From assembly GCF_006345805.1 (NCBI RefSeq), contig NC_042998.1:95232001-95296000 (forward strand): a stretch of DNA of 64,000 nucleotides, in the 5' to 3' direction. The translations under genes were made by a program, and so were the position numbers. Below are positions 52,032 to 64,000 of the stretch, piece by piece. A model generated the notes under the pieces. It was not told where the DNA came from. It saw only the letters and a list, made by a program, of their open reading frames with translations, and searched no databases. The first letter of the stretch is position 1. Each line of letters begins with the position of its first letter. Source of the DNA: Octopus sinensis. Its lineage: Eukaryota.

Positions 52032-52718
52032 GGATCTTTACCATTTGACCAACAGATTTAAAAAAGAATTTTTTGTAACTGAACACTTTCAAACTTCGGA
52101 CACTGGTAGAAAGTATCATATAAAACATTTTTTACTCTTAGCTTTTTTGAGAAAAGTTTATATTTACGAAGTAATTTCACGTCAAACAACAACTATCGGC
52201 AGTGTGCTTTTCGTTTGTCACTGTTATTTATGACATCGTTCGTACGTTTGTAGTGGTTTTAGCTTTAAGATTTTAGGGTTAGGGTTAAGGTTTAGGGTTA
52301 GGGTTTTAGGGCTAGGGTTAGGGTTTTAGGGTTTTAGGGTTAGGGTTAGGGTTAGGGTTTTAGTGTTAGGGTTAGGGTTAAGGTTTTGAGGTTAGGGTTT
52401 TAGGGTTAGGGTTAGGGTTAAGGTTTTAGGGTTCGGGTTGTCATAAATAACAGTGACAAATGAAATATAGACCGCTGGAAGTTCTTGTTGACAAACGACA
52501 GCAGTAATTTTATTCAGTTCAATACACGTCATAGATTGGTTGAGATTACCGAAATACTACAACTTTAACTAGAAATAACTTCCTAAATATAAACTTTTCT
52601 CAAAAACGCTAAGAGTAAAAAATGTTTTATATGACACATTCTACCAGTGTCCGGAGTTTGAAAGTGTTTAGTTACAAAAAATTATCTTTTAAATTTGTCG
52701 GTCAAAACGTAAAGATCC
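52032..52718. mobile_element. Telomere-repeat MITE copy with (TTAGGG)n at 52255-52440
   Basis: ggatctttaccatttgacc / ggtcaaaacgtaaagatcc TIRs; it truncates the R4-like fragment. Confidence 0.85.
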
Positions 52719-53488
52719 TGCACTGAAAATAGTTAAAATATTTTTCATTATTATATTTAAAGGTTTAACCGGTTTCAGTTTACGCTGATTTTCAGAAATT
52801 TAAAATAGAAAGACTTGGCTTATGTCACAGCTGTCTTGTTTCTCACTACTGTTTGAAGCTTGCCCTATTTTTATAAGGAGTTCATGGCTCAAATTAGTGT
52901 GTTTTGAATAGGATTTGATTGATAGAGGATAGTTACATGACTGGTCTTAGAAATCTTTGCAGGTTCCCCTCTATGTCCGTGTGTTATTATCAAATGACAA
53001 TGTTTGGCGTCGTAAGTTAAGGCTGACACGGTTGACTGAACATCTCCAAACAATCAGTGCTCTGAATTTTTTTCTGTCAAGTGTTTGTAGAGAGTGGATG
53101 CATGATTAAGTTCATAACTTTTTTGTACGCTCCCCGACATGGTTGAGTGAACATATTTAGTTGTAATCTAGGTACTCCAAATTTAATCTGCCTGGTGGGA
53201 GAGTGGATAGGAGTCGTTTGTATATAGGGCAGTGGTTAAAATTTAGGTTGTTAGCTGTGTAGCTTCCTCATGATAAGTAGCAGAAACAATTTTGTGTGTG
53301 CATCGTTATTTGTGTGTGTACTCTGTTGAAGTTTGTTAAGTCTTGGTTTGTACTTTGTATGAAAGCATTTTCTTTGTTTATCCGTTCTTCCTCTGTGGTA
53401 TTCGCTGAACATAGGTAGAGTGGGAAGACCTGGAATTTGGGCGACTTATTTTTTACACATATGTCTATGTGTCCACACATACACACAC

Positions 53489-53561
<73 letters not shown>

Positions 53562-53684
53562 TATATAATCACATGCGCGCGCATGCACACACACATACAG
53601 ATGTGTTGATGCAAAGAGGAAAATGGAACTCAAAATATGAGTATGCGTATATATATATTTTTTTTGGATATTTAGCAGAAGTAA

Positions 53685-53972
53685 GGCGGAAAGCTGGTAG
53701 AAACGTTAGCGCCCCGGGCAAAATGCGTAGCCGTATTTCGTCTGTCTTGACGTTCTGAGTTCAAATTCCGCCGAGGTCGACTTTGCCTTTCATCCTTTCG
53801 GGGTCGATCAAATAAGTACCATTTACACACTGGGGTCGATATAATCGACTTAATCTGTTTGTCTGTCCTTGTTTGTCCTCTCTGTGTTTGGCCCCTTGTG
53901 GGTAGTAAAGAAATAGGTATTTCGTCTGTCTTTACGTTCTGAGTTCAAATTCTGCCGAGGTCGACTCTGCCA
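53685..53972 (+). mobile_element. SINE family B dimer-like copy
   Basis: Close homology to 16165-16560. Confidence 0.85.
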
Positions 53973-56060
53973 TTTATAGACGTGCTATATCCTGAAGATT
54001 ATGCAATACATTACAAAGAATCCCTCAAGTCTTCAGTTTATATCATAATTAAAACAGGTAAACAAAGACATGCCACTATCTTGATGTGTATCACAGCATC
54101 TGAAAGCTGAACGAATAATATACCGCTAATGCGGGCTGGGCTACAATCGGCGAATCATAATTGTAGGCAGTTTAAGTGAGATGTTCAGAAAATTCACAAC
54201 AGAGGATGGGTGCGCCAAGTGTAGAAGCCATAGGTATAAGTGATAAGAGGATTTATTATGATTTATTAAACCCAAGAGTAAATAGAGTTAAAGAGTTAGA
54301 TAGCATTCGGTTATATAACTTAGCTTTATTTTCCTCTCGGTCTTCATTTACTGCTAAGAGGATATGATTACTTAGTTTTCAACGCCAGATATTCATCGTA
54401 ACGCAGTTGAAAGAGTTGAACCGATGACATCTTTAAAAGCTGAAGCTCAGAACTCTATTGACTTTGCCGCTAATTTAGTAAGTATCTTCTTTTATCTTAT
54501 TTTACTCGTTTCAGTCCAGTGACTGCGGTCATGCTGGTGCACGGTCTTGAAGGTCTTAGTTGAATAAACCGCCCCCAGCACTTGCTTTTAAATCTGGAAA
54601 TTATTCTGTCGGCCTCTTAAACCGTACCGCCAAGCCACATGGACCTAAACAAACCAGCACCGGTTGTCAAACATTCATTCTTCATTTTCACCCTTTCATC
54701 TTTTTTTCATACGATTATGTTTTTGTTTTAATTTTAATCAGTTGACTGACGAGTTAAATCTTTAATGAACGATGTCAAGGGATTGTAAGATGATTTATCG
54801 AGCGTTTTAAAAAGGCTAAGAAAGTCCGGAAGGAGGGATCCTAATGCAGATATGTACGCTTGTACTCAACCAATATATGGTATCCTCTGCAGCTCCACTT
54901 ATGTTGCGGACATATTGATCTGTCTTTCTTTCGTGGCGTATCTATGAATGGAAGAGTTGGCAACTTGGTTTTTACTTCTGAAAACAACTCAGATACAGCA
55001 GAGATGGTTAAGTTACTGTCTCTGCAATACCGGCTACCAATGACGGAAAGGGCCAATCAATGAAAGCTTTAATGTCACTAAAGGTCTTTTATAATAATTC
55101 TACTCCGTTTCTATGTATATGTGTAGTTCTACCTAGCACGTTGTTTGCACACGAACACCATTAACCATTTTCTCCAGAATTCCATCCCCTACATTTCTTT
55201 TCAATAGTCCAGAATCTTTAATCAGCTGGTAAATAAAAGTCCCAGTAGATCGACTGCAAAGTCACTTTTTATGTGTTGGCCCCCACACCAGCAGTTCACT
55301 CACTACTTCATCCTAGCTACGATAGCAGTGTCCACATAATCTCAGTCTTCTTTCCTTTATGGTGGAACTAACTCTCGCAAGCTTGCCATAAAGAACTAGT
55401 GTAGTCAGAAAGGTAAATACAAGTGATCCCATTATCTATTCTCTTTATAAAGTGACTGTGTTATGTAAGAAATCAAGGTTTATCTCCAATTGATATGTTT
55501 AAATATATTTTCATGATACAGGTATTTAATGTTACCATAACAACAGACGATCGTCTATGGATGTTTTTATTACGACAATGACCTCTTCTAGTGTGTACTC
55601 TGATTTGACTTAGACCAAATTCCTCTAGTCCTAGAGAAATTATCTATTACACCATAGACACTTTTGACCTCGATTCACTTTCAACAGTTTGTTGGTATAT
55701 TGCTTATTTTATGACTGCTCTTAAATGTAAATAAATTTTAATTGTTCAAACACAGATTGCCTTCTTACTACTTGAGCAATTAATTGAAAAATCTGCATTT
55801 TCTAATTGTTTATTTTTTTTTTACTTTCTCTGCTTACCTTTTACTTGTTTCAAGCACTGGACTGCAGCCATACTGGTGCACAACCTTGAAGAGATTAGTT
55901 GGGCAAATAGACACCAGCACTATTTTTTTTAAAGTCTGGTACTTATTCTATCAGTTTTCTTTTGCAGAACCGCTACGTTACAGGGACATGAACAAACTAG
56001 CACCGGTTGTCAAATACCATGATGGGGGAAAACGTTCACACACGAACACACACACGCGCA

Positions 56061-56132
<72 letters not shown>

Positions 56133-56314
56133 TCACACACACACACACACATATATAAGGCGGGATTCAACACAAGTTCCGCCTACCAAATTCACTTACA
56201 TGACATTGATCGGTCGGGGCTATTATAGAAGGCACTTGCCTCAAGTGCTGCGCTGTTGCAGCGAATCTGAAACTACGTGGTAGCAAAGCAAACATCTTAA
56301 CCACATAGGTTTTA

Positions 56315-57512
56315 TTAGTTTCAGCTCAAAGCTGCGGACATGCTGGGGCACGGCCGTTTTGCTACACTGTTATTATTGAGAGCCTCTTCTCATATGAGGT
56401 TTTTGGTGAATAAGGGAGTTTGATGTCGCTACCCTCATTTGCACCTCTGCCGCGAAGTAGCTTCATCTGAGACTCTCGATAGGAAGAGATCCAGTTCTGA
56501 TTTCTGTAGGTCCACTTTGTGTAGATCCCTCAGGCTCTTTGGAAGAATATTAAAGAGGTGCGGGCCCCCGAAACCCAGGCTATTGCAGTAGCTGGTCTTG
56601 AAGCATGATGACATTGCTGGAATCTTTGGCACTGTGCAGTGGCGACCCGGTCTGGCATTTATGTAGCTGGCACGATCTCTTCCAGGATCTTCCAAATGTA
56701 TACTACTGCATATCTCTTTCGCCTTCGCTCCAAGGAGTAATCTTAGCTGTTTCAGCCCATCCCAGTAACTGAGCTGTTGCAATGAGACAGTCTTCTTGTG
56801 AAGCTTCGCTAGGTTGCTTCAAGGTCCTCTGTTAATTTTACACTGTTGGGTGTTCAACAGTGTCCAGGCGACTGATGACGAATGTCCCCAGAAGACCATC
56901 ATGGTTTCCTTCTCTCTTGTTCTGAAGGTTCTCGGGATCCATCCAGCCAGTCATCTGCACATTGTCGCCATCCTGGCAATGTGCTCTTGGAAAGTGGTAT
57001 CATCACTCATGTCGATACCCAAGACCCGCACTGATTTAGGCTCTGGGATTGTTATCCCCTGTGGGCCAGTGTATCCTGTAAGTTTTATATTCAGTTTTGA
57101 GCGCTGGTAGCGCAGGGCTTGGATTTTCCAGCATTAAACTGCATATTATTGTCCTCAGCTCATCTGTAAATTGAGTCCAACTCTTGCTGCAGGTGTGCAA
57201 CATCGCTGGGGTTCTGTATTTTCTGCGAGTCTTTCGTGTCGTCTGCGTAGCTAGCAAGGGTGGCTATCCGGGCAGCTTAGGGCATGTCTGAGAGGGCCAA
57301 TATGAAAAGCAGTGGTCCCAAGACAGTGCCCTATGAAACATCACTCACTATTTGCGTTTTTCTTGAGGTGGCTCCATTGGCCACTAATGCCTGACTTTTC
57401 AGAAAGTCATGTAACCACCTGCAAGTTTTCCAGCTATGCCGAGATCACGTAGTTTGTGGCATATCATACCATGATCCACTTTATCAAAAGCTTTTGTAAA
57501 GTCAAGGTATAT
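56315..57512 (-). mobile_element. Decayed CR1/L2-group LINE: RT domain to 3' tail
   Basis: YLDF.KAFDKV, GIAGKL, GTVLGPLLFI and SYADDT motifs across frames; tail with a terminal stem-loop. Confidence 0.82.
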
Positions 57513-57619
57513 TTAAAAGGTTTTATAAATTTGCTGTCCATTCTCTCTCTCTCTCTCCAGGGAAAATTATATCAAAGCAAGCGTATTGCTTTCGGACTTA
57601 CAAATGCAGTGCTCTGTTT

Positions 57620-57673
<54 letters not shown>

Positions 57674-58530
57674 GACAGCAAATTTAGAAAACCTTTTAAA
57701 CTTTGACATTCGAATTTGGGTTTATAACAATTTAATCGACTAAAATACAGCAAGCTACAATACAAACAAAGATTGATAAATTGTAAGTAAAACCAAACTT
57801 CAACGCAGTAACAGTTTTATGCAGCGAGTTGCTACAGTCTCAACTAACTAAAACCAACACTGAACTCTTCGTGCCGCAAACAGAACAGAACTTTGCGCAG
57901 TCGCACTGCATGCATATAACAGCAACCGAGACAATCAAAATCACATGATCAAAACTAAAATCACAACAAAGCCGTAACTCTCTGAACCAATTCCCAACAG
58001 AAGTAGAGGTATACTTGTATATATGAATAAAAAAAAAAAAGACCGACGTGTCATACCGTTTCATCTACTTAACTCCGCCAATAGATCGGAGTTCAAGTGA
58101 CACTACTATGATATTGTCTGTCTCTTCCAGAACTCTATATAATAGACACCCATCAGCTGATTGCCTTAAGTGCCGTATCTTTTCTTGTCTAATTACATGT
58201 GTTAATTGTAATAAGCAGTGGATAATTACAAGTACACTCACGTGTGTACATACATTTATTATCTACAGGCATGACGCCATCGTGTTTATCTCGAACATTG
58301 TCACCTGGATATCTAACTACCAATTCTCATTGGAGTGAATTATTTTCTGTAACTGTGTAAAGGTGAAAAAAACAACTATAATCAGGAAGCCACCGATAAT
58401 TCTAATGTTTCAGATGACAAACAACATATCAAAAACGAAAATGCTTTATGATGATGATGATGATGATGATGATAATGATATACAGAAAACATTCAGAGAG
58501 AAACGGAAGAAAATTTAAAGAAAGAAAGAA

Positions 58531-58620
<90 letters not shown>

Positions 58621-58849
58621 AACGATTTCTTTATTGACCACAAAGGGTTTACATTATGAAAAACATTATGGAAAGCACAGGAAAAAACAATGTGTGTGTG
58701 AGTGTGTGTGTTGTGAGGGTTTTGCATGTAAACAAGATTAACATAATGGAGAAAAAAAACAAATTAACAATGCATAATCCACAATAGGGAGAAGACGTTC
58801 GACCATGGAGGCCCTGATTTCTGAGGCAGGTGCTCTTTCTCATTTCCCT

Positions 58850-61300
58850 TCCTCCATCCTTCAGAAAACTGGCTAGAAGGCAACGCTTCCCTCTCTACCC
58901 TTATTTTCCTCTTCAAGTGAAACCTGAAGAAGTTGATCAGAGATTGGCCAAAGAGAAAAGTGTTTGTATTCAGCCCCTTTAGTCTCGTCCTCCATACAAC
59001 CTCTTTCGCCATGGCCACCAGACATATAAAGACAGCTTGCCCTTCATTTAGGAAGGCGGTGGGGTGATCTTCACGATGAATTCAGTTGACATCTGGATCC
59101 ATCTCACACGCGACAACAGGTGTTCGGAATAAACCCACAGCAATGCTTAGCCACTGGACGAGTGCATGCAGGACCGTCTCATCGGCCTACAAGCATCACG
59201 GACATGCTCGGCTGACGGCACTTCCGTGCCTGTATAGTTTTCTCGAACATGCACTGCCAGGCAAGATATTTTTGGAAGTTATCCATCAGTCCCGCGCCGA
59301 CAGTAATCTAGAAAAGAGCGGCAAGCAGGTTTTCTTCGACACCCAAGGTTGCTCCAAGAACGTCATCGCACTTTTCGTCCACTAATCCTCTATAAAAAGC
59401 TAAAGTGGACTGTCCGCTTATCGCAGCGTCCAACTAGCTGAAGGATGTAAGCACTTGAAGACAATCGACTTCCTAAATACCTTCTCTCAGCTTTAGTTTG
59501 GCCCAGGACTGCAGCTCCTTTAAAGAGACCAGCTGAGGAAATACGTGTCTGGCGAACGGCGACCACATCTGCTCACTGTCAATGAAGCACCGTCAATGAG
59601 ATGTTGTAGCCTTAGCGCATGTCTGCGCATCATCAAGTACGGCATGCCCAGGCCACCACGCAGCAGGTGTTGACAGCAGACAGATCGCCTGACCACAAGA
59701 AGCGGAAGAGTATACGCTCCAACTTAGACGGTGGCCGAAACAAGGCATGACAGTCCAGCAGTAGTAGATGATGGATGCATTGTACGCGTTAGCCACCTCT
59801 GTCTAACCTTTCGGAGATAGCTTCCTCTCGTCCCATTTATGGGTGAGAGTAGTCACTCGGTTTGTTACTTCATCCCAGTTTTCGTCCATCTGGAGATCCG
59901 GACCAAACCAGATCTCGAGCAATTTAACCGGTCCGTCCATCAAGCGCCCAACGACACAGTTGGATGGCATGGAACTGCTTCTCTAGGTGCCGAGCCATAA
60001 ATTCACTGATTTTTCCTAGTTAATCGTCGCTCCTGAAACCGCATCGTAGTCCCTAAGAGCGGCACCGATCATTTCGATGTGTTTATTTTTCGACACCACT
60101 ACGGTGACGTCGTCAGCATATGTCGACACGCATCTCCTACATCTTAGGTCATGTGGGATGCTTACAACGTCTCCAAATTGTGTATTAGTGGCTCGAGAGT
60201 CTGTACATACAAGTGGGACGAGAGGTGGCAGCCTTGGCGGACTGAACACATGATGTTGAACGTTTCTGAGAGTTGACCTTTCATGCTGACTACTGATCAA
60301 ATGTCGCAGAGCATTGCAGCGATCCAGCCTCTGAATACAGTCCCTAAACTAGCTCCTTTAAGACGCTGCCAAGTATAAATAGCTAACCCTATCGAAAGCT
60401 TTAGACTGATCTAAATTGACCAGGGCCCCACTCGTGCCAGGTTCTATAGCCACTTTCTCTATGATGTATCGCTTGAGGTGGAGGTTATCGTGGATGGATC
60501 TTTTCAGGATGGCGCATGTCTGCGTCTCCCCCAACCAGATCACCGACGACAAACGACGACCTCGTAGTTAATACCTTGGCCAAAATTTTGAACTCTGCAT
60601 TCAGTAGAGTTATGGGCCTAAAGTTGTCTATACAGTCCCCCTTGTTCAGGTATTTTCTCAGCAACGCCACCGTTCCTCGGCTCACAAAACTAGGAGTTCT
60701 CCCATTCTGTTGCCAGTTGCAGTAAATGTCTACCAAGAGGTCACCGAACAAGTCTAGCATGTAAGCGTAAAGTTCGTAGGGCAGACCATCCAACCCCCTC
60801 GTGCAGCTAGCTATTGCTTCCCGTATGTCAACAGCTTTTATCGGCCTTTCGCAGCGCTCTGCCTCCGTTTCCAAGAGCCGCAGCAACCCGTCTAGGTAGG
60901 GAGTGAAGTCCATCCTGCTACGCGGCCCACCGCTACTCCCGAGCAGTTGAGCGAAGCGCCGGCAAGGATCGGATCGCATTTTATTGCTACGCTGTGCCTC
61001 TGTCACTCGGTCCCACTGAACGGCTTTTGTCTCTTCGTGTCTAAGAAAAAGGGCCTTAGCTCTGACAACGCAACCTTCGTGTTTCGCATTGAAGAATTGG
61101 TTGAGTGCCAGTCTCACAGCAAACACGTCGGTTGCGATGTCTTTTCTAAAAGCCTCATCTTATTTCCCCACTTGTCCTGCCTCTACTCTGTTTCTTTCTA
61201 CTGCCAGTCCTTTACTAAACCTTATTGATTCTATTCTAATCACATTTTCAGCTATTTCAATGTTTTCTTTCTTATTTAGTTGCTTTATACTAACCTTTAA
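58850..61300 (-). mobile_element. Decayed L1/Tx1-clade LINE ORF2 (RT)
   Basis: GLDGLPYELY, NFRPITLLNAEFKILAKVL, RSIHDNL, LDQSKAFDRV and YADDVTV..SGATIN, split by frameshifts. Confidence 0.88.
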
Positions 61301-62112
61301 TAACGATCCAGTGTATCTTTGAAGTGTGAACTATTATTCATTCTTCCCCTAAATCGGAGTAACGAGCTGATTAATAATTGTTCTAAATAGTCAATCAGTA
61401 CAAAAACACCCAACATAATGAAACTTTGTGCGTGCGTGTTTTGTGTATGGGGTATTTGTCTATACAGAGCAAATGTAAATGCATGATTTCAGGTCATGCA
61501 GTGTAAAAATGTAGCGAAATATTCTATATACATACATGCGTATCCTCTCACTGCATATAGGCGGAGGTCTGGAATAGGTCGCCCGTTGCCCATCTAAGTT
61601 GAATTTTCTCCGTTTTGACGGGACTTTTTCAATTTTTTTTCTTTATTCTTTCACCACGCAAATGATGGGGGCGCGGAAAGATTTTTATGACAACATTCTT
61701 TTTTTAAATTTATGAATTTTTTTAAGCAACTTCCTATCACACAGCTACGCTTACGCTTCAGGAGTGTTTTACTTCCTTGTTTTGAGAGACAGACAAAAAT
61801 TTTATCGAAAATAAAGCAATATAAAAAAGGAAGAAAAACTCCGAAATGCTTAACCTGAATAAACATGGAAATACAACGGAGGCGGGAGAGAGAATAGAAA
61901 CTGTTTGACATTATATGAGAACAAAATTTTGAAATATCTTGACACTTTGAATACTATCACGAAGATCTTGGCCTGTGGGGGTTGCTTGATTATCTCTAGA
62001 GGTCTTCTGTATCAAGAGGACTACATCACTAAAATATTTTTTCTACCCCTTTTCTTTTTACTGTTGCACACTATGTATGCTTCCCTTCTTTGTCTTATTA
62101 TATACCGTGTAT

Positions 62113-62180
<68 letters not shown>

Positions 62181-62834
62181 CTTTTTAATTTCCTTTTTAT
62201 CATTTTATTATATGTAAACCACCATGATTTACGCCTGCCTCTATATTGTCCTCTTCATCCTTCGCCCTGGTGTCAAACAAGAGAAATCATTATATAACGT
62301 TTATGGATTTGTGCTGCAAGATTCCTGATGTGAAATCGTGTCTTGAAGCAGATATTGTATTTCGGGACGGTCATTTTTTTTTTGCCAAATAAACACGCAC
62401 TATATATTTGTTCTTCACTCGTTTATTACTGTTCTTATTCTAACTCATATCCATTGTCCAGAACTCTTTCCTCACACATCTGTGACTTCTTCAGCAACAC
62501 TTTCCGTCTCCGTGTGTGTTCTTGCTCCACTTATTTCATTCTGTTCTTCTATGTTGTGTATCCTTATATATGCATGCTTTTGCGTCCGTGTTTGTGTGTT
62601 TGCGTGCATATGTGTGTGTGTCATTGTTCTTAGTAGCACTATGACCTTTTCCTCGGCCCCATCCCCTCCCCCGTTGCTCGCTACTGCTGTTCTAGGACAC
62701 GAAAATTGGTACAGTTCCTGTATCTCTCTGTGTTTGCGAGTGCGTTCGCCCACGCTGCTGTCATCGCTGTTGCTGTTGTTGTTAGTCGTGTTGTTGACAC
62801 TGTTACCCTTTAGTAAGTCCCTACGTACGGAGAA

Positions 62835-63162
62835 CAAGTGCACTGTGTTTAAGCTGAACCCACGGCTTAACTATAAGGTTAGGAATGTAGTTTATAGCTT
62901 AATGTGTACTGAGGGGCGGTGCAGAAATATGACAACTACTTACATTGCAGAGACTGCACGCAGCATAGGGGAGTATATAGATGAACACTGGCGGGAGCCC
63001 AAAGAAGACAAAGGATTGTCTGTGCTCTACCAACATGCTCAAATAGAACATAGAGGCTCGATTAATAGCATAGAGGTTAAGATTTTATCGACGCGTAGAA
63101 CTGACATTACACTTAGATCACTGAGGCTACACACATAGCAATAGACAGACCAAGCCTCAATT
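62835..63162 (+). mobile_element. PLE GIY-YIG endonuclease fragment with Cys residues between the motifs
   Basis: NVVYSLMCTEGRC...YIAETARSIGEYIDEH..SVLYQHAQIEHRG..VKIL, then frameshifted EATHIAIDRPSLN. Confidence 0.8.
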
Positions 63163-63364
63163 TGACAAAATTTTCTATTTTAGAAGTTACTTCGTGTTAA
63201 AGTTGTATTTAGGTAATTTTAACCAATCAATGACGTGTATTCAGCTAAAGAAAGTTACAGCTGTTTGTGAAAGTAATAGAAGAGCAACAACTTCCGGGTC
63301 ATCGGGTCATCTGTTTGGGATGCTGCATATCTATATGTACGTAAATACAGACACATGTATACAT

Positions 63365-63399
<35 letters not shown>

Positions 63400-63632
63400 T
63401 AAAGAAAAACACACACACACATACACACATGGACGCAAAAGCATGCGCATATAGGGTTGCACAACATAGAACAGAATGAAAGAAGAGAAGCAAGAACACA
63501 CACGGAGATGGAAAGTGTCGCTGCAGAGGTCACAGATGTGCGAGGAAAGATTTCAGGACAATGGACATGAGTTAGAATAAGAATATTACTAAACGAGTGA
63601 AGAACGAATATACAGTGCGTGTGCTTATTTGA

Positions 63633-63791
63633 CGTAGGAGTGGCCGTGGTAAGTAGCTTGCTTACCAACCACATCGTTCCGGGTTCAGTTCCACTCCGTG
63701 GCACCTTGGGCAACTGTCTTCTACTATAGCCTCGGGCCGACCAAAGCCTTGTGAGTGGATTTGGTAGACGGAAACTGAAAGAAGCCCGTCG

Positions 63792-63843
<52 letters not shown>

Positions 63844-64000
63844 TGTGTGTGTGTCTGTCTGTGTTTGTCCCTCCAACATCGCTTGACAACCAATACTGGA
63901 GTGTTTATGTCCCCGTAACATAGCGGTTCAGCAAAAGAGACCGATAGAATAAGTACTAGGCTTACAAAGAATAAGTCCTGGCGTCGATATGCTCGACTAA
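63633..64000 (+). mobile_element. SINE family A copy running off the window end
   Basis: ggagtggccgtggtaagtagcttgc..ccgggttcagttccac..gggccgaccaaagccttgtgagtggatttgg with internal (TA)n(TG)n. Confidence 0.88.

Overview
Repeat-dense, AT-rich eukaryotic genomic DNA. The SINE families and the (TACA)n/(TA)n/(CA)n load look like an octopus (coleoid cephalopod) genome; this is inference from repeat content. Nearly all entries in the ORF track are microsatellite translation artefacts. The only host gene I can support is the last three coding exons of a TSPEAR-like EAR/EPTP-repeat gene (+ strand; 6239-6468, 9347-9534, 13567-13825) with compatible GT-AG phases. The rest is transposable elements: several tRNA-derived SINE families, R4/Dong-like, CR1/L2-like and L1/Tx1-like LINE fragments, Tc1/mariner and Helentron-like relics, MITEs carrying internal (TTAGGG)n, and a young 2.75-kb non-autonomous LTR element with a tRNA-Trp PBS. 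The most striking signal is a set of type I hammerhead ribozyme (HHR) motifs in Penelope-like element (PLE)/retrozyme-type repeats. These include a 492-bp tandem-plus-inverted ORF-less repeat with three structurally intact HHRs (35.07-36.52 kb), a duplicated fold-back palindrome whose hinges bracket a missing HHR core (19.55-21.95 kb), and a PLE GIY-YIG endonuclease with about 198 codons of open low-complexity sequence between its two signature motifs (33.36-34.16 kb). All folds and alignments were done by eye, and boundaries of decayed repeats are approximate.
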